DNA of 64,000 nt from contig NIVC01002722.1 in NCBI GenBank assembly GCA_002269645.1, positions 62,001 through 126,000 on the forward strand, read 5' to 3'. Positions 38,501-64,000 of the stretch are shown in pieces; position 1 is the stretch's first letter, and every line of letters starts with the position of its first letter. Below the pieces are notes generated by a model. That model ran no database searches. It saw nothing but the letters and a program-made list of their open reading frames with translations, and was not told where the DNA came from. Made by a program: the position numbers and the translations under genes. This stretch comes from Macrostomum lignano (Eukaryota).

Positions 38501-38831
38501 AAAAACGTTGGCACTAAGCAGAGTTTGGATGATGCAGGAGCATCTTCTGCAGGAAATGTCTAAATTCCATACGCTCTAATGGTCCAGCAGGACTCTCATG
38601 CTTCCGGTAGACAGCAGTCTGACCTTTTGACTTGCCAAAAATTACACCTTAAGTTAAAAGAGAGCAAGCCAGAAAAAAGTATACCGCCAATGCTCATGTA
38701 CCTGCTTTTAACAAATTTCATTCTCAGCTAAACATACCGACTTTCTAGAATATGAAGTGAGAAGCTGACGATTCGGTCCACTAATTGAAACAAAGGCACT
38801 AAAGCTGAAACAAGTGTAGCTTTAAGCAGCA

Positions 38832-41800
38832 ATGAATCTGCTCCCGGAGCTGAAGAGCGCCGCCATGGACGGCAGAGTCGGCAAGGTGCGGCAGTTTCTA
38901 CGGAGCAGCGTCAGTCCGGACGTCGCTGACGACCGGCAGCGGACGGCGCTGCACTGGGCAGCCGAGCGAGGCCAGTCCAGGGTGGCGAGGCTTCTCATCG
39001 AGGCCGGAGCTCAGCTGGACGCTCAGGACAGCAGCGGGGCGACCGCTCTGCACCTGGCCTCGATGCACGGTCACCGGGATGCGGTCCGGCTGCTGCTCGA
39101 GTCCGAGGCCAACACCAGCCTGGTGACGAAGTCCAGCTCCTCGGCGCTGCACCTCGCCTCGCGGAACGGCCACCTCGAAGTCGTGCAGCTGCTGAGCCGG
39201 CAGGCCGACTGCGATCAGCAGCTCGCAGACGGAGACTCGCCGGTGCACCTGGCTGCTCCGCTCGGGCAGCAGCTCGTGCTCGCTGCTTTGCTGCTGGCAG
39301 CCGCGGATCCGAGCGCCAGGAATGCGCGCGGCCAGACCCCGCTGCACTCCGCGGCTCTCCACGGCCAGCGGGCCGCCATTGAGCTGCTCGTCCGGGCGGG
39401 AGTCGCCGCCGACTCGCTGGCAAGCGATGGGTCGACGCCGCTGCACGCCGCGGCAGCAATGGGGCACGAGGCCACCGCCCAGACTCTGCTGCAGCTCGGC
39501 TGCGGGCTCGTCGACCTCAACAAGAACGGGCTCAGCCCCGCTGCCATCGCCTGTCGCTTCGGGCATCGCGAGGTCTTGCATCTGCTGCTCAAGCAAGTGA
39601 CTCACGCCAGAGAGCTCGGAATCCGGCACGAAGAAACCAACGAAAGGCTGCAGCGATTCAAGAATTCGCTTGTTCCTGCAGCTCAGTCTCGCGGAACGTT
39701 TTTGCACGAAGAGCGGTAAGCGTTTGTGATGTCAGTAATGAAACGGTCTAAACGTATGTTACATAAGTACAGAATAAGGATATTTTGTTGCCAACTGATA
39801 TCTCGACAGCTTGATATGTACCTGATATTCGAAACATCCCTCTTGCTAGTAACACATCTCACAATCATCCGTTAACACTATTAATTATTGTACCTTGCAT
39901 CTGGAATCGTGGCTCTAGGCTACTTGGTGTGACGAAGTTGTAGGCCTACTTTTCTTTTGCTAATGTTGATGAGTTGTATAGCGGTCTATCAGGATTTACA
40001 ACTTTAACATGTATGAATAAGTAGTAGTAAACTTGGCGAATTACAGGGAGCTGTCGAAATACTGTTGAACACGAGTATATTTATCTATTAAGTATTAGGG
40101 CCAGCACAAAGCCAAGAGCGACGAGCGACAAAACCAGACCACCAGCTTGGAGGCGAAATTCAAAACGTTTTTATAGTAATTTGAAATTGGAGTATAAAGA
40201 TTTAAACAAAAGAGAGTAAACTTAATCTGCTTAACGTGTCAAACAATACGTACAGATGTACAGTTAAATAGAATAATAAAATACCGATAATTACTTTGTA
40301 AAGACTTTCACAACGACGGCGGCACATGAAACGATCTACAAAAGCTCAAACCGTCACATTGGATTTATTTTTGTTTCAACCTTTCTGAATACTGCATGGT
40401 TTGATTTGGCAGTCTGTGACGTACGCAGTCACGGTAAGCTTTATTACGTACTTCGATTTAAATATATTCAAATCATGCTTGCGTTGACAAAGATTGTATT
40501 GCCCTTGAAAACCATTCATTCAAGCTCCTCTCACGGCCAACTGACGTACATACGGTGGGTCCCGTATGTCTAAGTAGTGATATAAGTGAAGTAGTGATTT
40601 AGTATCATTCGTACTCAATATCAATATTTCACTGCAAATCCCTATATTTAGTCACTTGGTCTGTTTCTAATACAGTTCCAAAATTGTATTACTTTCATTA
40701 TTGATAATTAATTGCCAATGATATGCAGCTGACAGAACCACTGTAACTCAACAAAACTTTCAGTGAGCAGCCCGACTCAAACAGCCTGCGCGAGGTCCTC
40801 ATCGATATGGATGCTGTGGCAGATGAACCAGACGAGCACAAGAGCGCTCAGCTGCACATAGCCCTGAAGGAGTCCGGGTTTGAGCTGAATCGTGTGAAAC
40901 TGCAATCCGCATGTTCTGATGTCCTGCAGCGCATCACTAGAAACCGCCTCGACGCTCAGGAGTACAATGACTGCGAAGTGTACATCGTCGGGAGCTTCAG
41001 TGAAGGCTGGTCCAACAGTCTGGTTCGGTTGGATGGCCAAACCGACGCAGACTCCGACATCGACGTCTGCTTCGTTGCGAGAGGGATGCTCTTTCATCTC
41101 AAAGGCAGCTGCAGCTGCATCAACTGCAGATTCGATGAAGAACGACATAGGGCAGTTGAATATGAAGACGGGCACATTAAGTGGCCTGGATCGCGTAAGA
41201 GGATATTGGCTGGAATCTGTGATTTTCATTTTCACTTGTGTACCCTCATTTGCATCATTTTACCAAAAGCATCATTTTCCTAAAAGCTCACCCACTAACA
41301 ATTTCGCCCCAAACAGCCTCGAATCCGTCGCAGACCTGGGCCGGGTCGGAGGTCAGACCGGCAGTGGATCTTGTGTGGGCGTTCCGCTGCTGTTGCTATC
41401 CAAAACTGGAAGTGCTGCAGCCAGGATACAGTACTCACATTGCGCCATCAGTGCTGCAGAGCCTGAGGCAGGAGATGCTGGAGTCTCCATGTCACCTGGT
41501 GGCAGCGGCTCCCCCCAGCAAGGACGGGCAGCAGCTGAGGATCAGCACCACCTTCCTGGAACGAAGGCTGCTCAGAAGCCTCACAACTGAGCAGGGACAC
41601 GTGTTCGTGCTTATCAAGTTTATCATTAAGAAAGTGATTTCAGCTCGAGTTAATGGACTCAAGACCTACATAGCCAAGAGTCTGATGTTTTACCTGCTGG
41701 ATGAGACGCCTGCTACTCACTGGCAGTCCGAAAACCTCATCAGTCTGGCGAAAGGAGCACTTTCGATTCTGTTGCGGTGTCTGCTGGACAAGGGTATTTC

Positions 41801-43330
41801 AGATGCGGACAAGTGCATGAAGCACTTCTTCATGAGAGATGCCTGGGTGTACTTAAAGAAGCGCCACAGTGGAAAGAAGCTGATTTCAGATGTTGTGAAG
41901 GACATCATCGAAAAGCTGTCAGAAGTTGTGTCGTGTTTTTACGAAACGCTGCGACCACTGGAGGATGCGAAAAACTTTAGCTTTCATCCGTTCCTGGTGC
42001 TGCCAGTTTTGATTCCGAGGCCAGTTCCGATGGCATCAAACCTGCAGTTCCACGATGTGTATGACGCGATCCGGTCCATTCTGCTGAACTTGGCTCATGA
42101 AGAGTGCCGCGAAGAAGACAAAAAGGTCATGATGAAGCTGGCTCGCAGAGTTCCTAACTACGCTGCATGTCCGAAGCACTGCCTCTTCGCGCTGATCTAC
42201 TTGAAATTCGAAATGCGCTACGCGGCGCGAAGGGTCTTGCGCTCGTTCCGCTATCAACAGGTCAGCCGAGGACTGTCACACTGGAAGGTGCGCGCCACTG
42301 ACGCAGAGTCTGAGTTGGCGGTGTGGCAGCACCTGGAAAGATCCAGTTCGGTTTGGAAGCTCCTGATTCAATCCGACAAGCCGCCCGTTCTGTCGTTTTT
42401 GCCGGACAAATTCAGGCAGCATTTTTCACTGAGCTGTGGCCAGTTTGACTGGTACTACGTGAACTTTGACGCGCTGCTGAAAGCCCTCAGCCTCTATCTG
42501 GATCACGATATGGGACTTGAACTGTGGTTTGAAGAAACTCTCCGCTGTGCGAGTCCAGACGTTCAGGAGCTGCTTGTAACTCTTGAGCTTTGTGGGGATA
42601 GCGACCTGCTTGTCCAACTGGTTCAGAGACACAGGCGAGCCATTTGCGACCACCAGGGCACGAGAGAGAAGGTCGAGCAGCTGATGCAGGAGTCGGTAAG
42701 TCAGACTGGTCATTGCAATACCTTTATAACAATTATTAAAAATGAAAAAAGCTAGAGGCCACATCAATTATTGCTCATGAGTGATTTCCGATTCTCTTGC
42801 AGCAGTCCCTGGCTGAAAGGAGCTTCCGAAGGACAGCGCGAGCGTTGCCTGGGGCAGAAAGCACTGATGAGGACCAGCTGTTTCTAGGCCGGGGAAGAGA
42901 CCGACCCGTAAGGTTCATCCTTGTTAAGCTATTCATCTGCCTTTGCAGCCTGTCGCCCCTGGTCTTCTTAGCGCAGAAGTCCCGGCGCTACGGATTTTCC
43001 ATTGGCAAGGAGTGCCTGGTGGCAGCCGTTCGCAAGCATCTCGCTCGCCGCGTCAGAGGAAGCGTTCTGGGCCGGTACTCGTCTGCTAGAAACATTATGA
43101 TTGGCAATTGCGTCTTGTTTGTCTTCCTTGGAACCTATGTGCTCATCTGTTCAAGTAGCTACTCCCATCACAAAACCTGGCTGTCGACTTTAATTTTTTT
43201 GATTTTTATTACTGCATGCTTAATAATTCTCATTTGTACCTGCGGAATTTCCTGTATAACGCACCGGGCTGCGTCAAATATGGTTAACCACACAGTTGCA
43301 AGTGCTGAAGTGACTCATGCAGAGACGTAA
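38832..43330 (+). CDS. Ankyrin-repeat / Mab-21 (cGAS-like, cGLR) nucleotidyltransferase / C-terminal hydrophobic-tail fusion; join(38832..39715,40764..41194,41317..42695,42803..43330), ~1073 aa
   Basis: Exon 1 has ~7 ANK repeats (TALHWAA, TALHLAS, TPLHSAA...). Exon 2 has IVGSFSEG...SDIDV. Exon 3 has VDLV, ISTTFLERRLL, LKTYIAKSLMF and KHFF. Donors/acceptors 39716/40763 (phase 2), 41195/41316 (phase 1, branch CACTAAC) and 42696/42802 (phase 0) all keep frame. Confidence 0.8.
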
Positions 43331-44076
43331 GCTCTTACGAACTTGAGTTAAAAACTGACGCTTCTAGCGTTCTTAAATGCGTTCGATTAAACTTCCACAG
43401 ACATGTCGTAACCTCCTGACTTGCCCCGCCAACGGAATTTTTACTGCGCTAAATTTTTATTTTAATTAACATATGTTTCTGTCTGAAGTTTTTTCACTTA
43501 GGTTCTGGGATTTGTTTGCTCATAACTTTGTCTGTGTTTCATTTTATCTATTGTTATAATCGCAGATTGTTATCTGTGTTTAATTTCTGTTATAATCGCT
43601 GTTGTTCAATTCAGTTCAATTCAGTATCAATTCAAACAGTTAATTTGGTTATTAGTTATCTGTAGGAATGCGAGCTGGTCAGTCAGCCACTGCTAATTAT
43701 CCAGCCCCATACTGATCATTTGCCCGCTTTGCCCTCCCCGCCCGCTCAGCCTCGTGAATCCGCCGTCCCCTCACAGGCCCGCAGCTGTTCAGTTGTTGCT
43801 GAGGTCACAAGTTCGAGTCCCTTCACCGCCGTCCCAGCTGGACAAATTTGAGTCCAGTATATGACTGTACTGCGACTAATGATCAAAAACAATGGCTAAT
43901 AAACTACGTGCTCGTAGTAGACTACTAAACTGTCAATAATATTTAGAGGCACTTGTTATTATGCGTGACAATCAAGCAGTTCACTTATAGCGTCAAGCAG
44001 TAAAACTGAATAATGTATTTGGAGCTTTCAAAGTTAATTTATTTTCGAAATTCGAGTTTACCGCACTGTTTTAATA

Positions 44077-61536
<17,460 letters not shown>

Positions 61537-61966
61537 CTGCATTTCATTTATTGTAGTAGTTGGAATTTCAGGTGCACACAGCGAAACAAAAAAATTCATG
61601 AATATCTTTTGGACTCGGCAATAAAAAACTCAGAAACGGAAACGGGCGAGTGGGAGATTTGTGAGGCCTAACCGCCCAGAAATAAGAGCTCCGCCACGAC
61701 TCCTCCGAGGTGAACCCGGCCAGGGGCAAAAAACCACGAAAATTGCAGCAAAAGGACGCGAAAAGACCCGTATCCCGCCCGGAACACTATCCGCTCAGGC
61801 CCGACTCAGCGCGCGAAGCAGCTGCTGGACACCGTCAAAGTTCAAAACTGCAGCAACCAGCCCAGTGTCACCACTGCTTCTCTATCGGACAACAGGGCTG
61901 AGAATCCGGACACTGCCCCAGTGGCGACCTCGCCCTTGACCGAGGAAACCATCAGGAAAGGAGTCT

Positions 61967-62134
61967 ATGGAAGAGGCAGCAGTGAACATCCTGCAGACTA
62001 ACCTGCTTCACTGCATCGAGGCCAACCTGATGAAGGTAACGGACTTAGCAAAACCGATAGTTATTCTGCTTGAGGAGACCTGGACGACGAAAGGTAAGAT
62101 TCCGGACATTCTTGTTGGTTCTGACATTTTTTAG
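61967..62134 (+). pseudogene. Truncated 5' end of a LINE ORF2 (APE endonuclease)
   Basis: MEEAAVNILQTNLLHC...PIVILLEETW resembles the APE N-terminal motifs (ILQxNL ... QE[PT]W); early stop. Confidence 0.5.
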
Positions 62135-64000
62135 GACCCTCAGAACCCTAGAGCAGCCTATTCGAGACTACCCTTCTCAAAGCTTGGCACAGATTGGACC
62201 TCTCTGACAGAGACCTCTGTGTCATTCATTCAATCCAATCATATTATCACCAACCCCTACGACCATCATTGTTTCGATTTATATCCCTGACAATGACTTT
62301 TGCGGTTCCGCCTAACCTCACCTCACGTCCCAATGTTCTTGTTATACCTATTGCAATGTTGGGCTGCTCTAACAGCGATACAAGTTGGATCTACCCATGG
62401 AGGAAAGAATAGAATCTATATAACTAAATCTGAAAAGTTTCTTCTTCTAATCTTCTATCTATATGTATATAAATCTATCTTCTAAATATACTAAATCTCT
62501 AAGGTTTGTATGTTTGTCCATAATCTAAATATACTAAATATTCGAAAAACAAGTTTATCTAAATGCTTTTAATGGAAGGCCAAGCAGCGTTGAATTCTTG
62601 ACTGGCTGAATTCCAATTCTAAATGATTGCGCCACAACTGCGTACTGCATATTCTCGCTATAAACTGACTCTGAGCTTTTCAGCAGGAGGCAGTGTGCCA
62701 AGCATTGCGCAGGCACTCTGGAGGGAGAAAGAAATCAGCCAGTGCATTTTAAAAGTATTGAAATTGAGAGATTTACTTAACTGTGCAATACCTTTGCCAG
62801 CACCAAAACTGTGCACACTGAGCAGGCTATCACTGCTATGTATTTGACTGCAGTGCCGAAGCATATGTCTGATTTTTGCGCCCTTCCATCAGTAGGCGGA
62901 ATAGCCGCAGTGTAGGCACTAGGACTAGGTTTAGGCTAGGCGTAAGGTCCAAGGTTCGAGTCCGCCTCCCCGGTGGATAATTAAAATAAGTAAATTCATT
63001 CATTTGTAGCTTGTGACTTGACTAAATATAACTTTTTTTAAATTTAAATTGCAACATTTTTTATTAATTAGCAAATAATTTTTGCTACTTGGCACAAGCC
63101 GCTTATCAAATTTGATTTTAAAAAACTGCTTCGTGTATTACTGATCCCATCAACGAGTACTGCCTCGCACCATGAAGTATGAAATTGCTATTAAACTGCA
63201 GACCATGCTGTTAAAACTGCTTAAAGGTATTGCTAAATTTTGAGCTTTTTAAGAATGCCGATATGTACTTAAAATTGTTTAGTGAGCCGTAAAATGCTGA
63301 GCACATTTTTAGATTATCGGAAGATTGGAAGATTATTGGAAAGGAGAACAGAAGATGCTGAGGGGAACTGCAGATTGTCAAAGGGATCATTCATGCAGAC
63401 TGCAAAGGGAAAAATGGAACAAAGTGCTGAGGTAGTTCCTCCACACTTATGAGCGCATAGCAGCAAACTGTTAAGGGGATAACTATCTAGAGAGTTTAAA
63501 GTGGATAATAGCTGTGAAGAATTAAGTGCAAGTTGTTGAGTGGATAACTGCGGACTGCTGAGTGAAGCATTGTAGTTTGCTGATGTTAATGAAAGTTGTA
63601 GACGGCACAGTGGATATCTGCAGGCTGCTAAGAGTATGACTGCAGTCTGTTTGTGGGATTAGAAGTGATAGCTAATTTCAGGATGTTGTGGAGATAACTG
63701 CCGATTTCTGGGGGGGGGGTTAACTTCAAACTGCCGAAGTTACTAAACTTCTTGAATTTAGTTTGAATCTTGAATCTTGAATTAGAAGTTTTAGTAACTG
63801 CCGAAGTTACTAAACTTCTTGAATAGTATAAGGCTTTTAGCAGAAGGTCGGCAGTTCGAGTCTGTATTGAAGCAGCGAATTTATCTTTGTGACAATAATC
63901 ATTGTTTCCTATGAGGATTCATGCAAATTTTTAGCATTTTCATTTTGTACCTACTTTTGCTGGGGCTACGCTAAGCTTTAAGAGCAGCGCTAATCGGGGA

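Noticed and set aside
36977-38640. Short ORFs upstream of the ankyrin gene that might be retroelement remnants
   Set aside because: No diagnostic RT, integrase or endonuclease motifs recognisable.
38898-39707. Antisense ORFs overlapping the ankyrin exon (likewise those over the GPCR, FLOT2 and lectin exons)
   Set aside because: Shadow ORFs from GC-rich codon usage on the coding strand; no recognisable motifs.
62905-62975. tRNA-like segments with B-box GTTCGAGTC (also ~43815 and ~63855)
   Set aside because: I could not build a full cloverleaf; more likely degenerate SINE heads than tRNA genes. tRNAscan-SE would decide.
62658-63215. Candidate signal-peptide exons for the lectin gene (MHWLISFSLQSACAMLG at ~62750; MVCSLIAISYFMVRG at ~63210)
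   Set aside because: No strong phase-1 donor; cannot be supported without transcript data.

Overview
Eukaryotic (metazoan) genomic DNA with spliceosomal introns. The GC-rich exons and minisatellite-filled introns recall Macrostomum-type flatworms, but that assignment is inference. I reconstructed seven spliced gene models by hand with consistent splice phases. (1) An atypical class A GPCR (+, 5216-7834). (2-4) Three co-oriented minus-strand genes, QTGAL/B3GNTL1 -> flavin monooxygenase -> L2HGDH; the two downstream genes each carry an unpaired splice acceptor just before the ATG (operon/trans-splicing candidate). (5) Flotillin-2 (+), head-to-head with QTGAL across an AT-rich, MITE-rich block. 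(6) A 4-exon, ~1073-aa fusion of ankyrin repeats, a Mab-21/cGAS-like nucleotidyltransferase with intact catalytic residues, and a hydrophobic (putative TM) tail. (7) Tail-to-tail with it, ten diverged F-type-lectin/F5-8C-like domain exons on the minus strand, all entered in phase 1; nine are symmetric 1-1 exons and the tenth is terminal. The lectin-array introns hold long-TIR Tc1-like remnants, a foldback element, SINEs and microsatellites. The 38.8-61.5 kb block is the best candidate for an undescribed innate-immune locus. All homology calls come from motif recognition; no database search was run.
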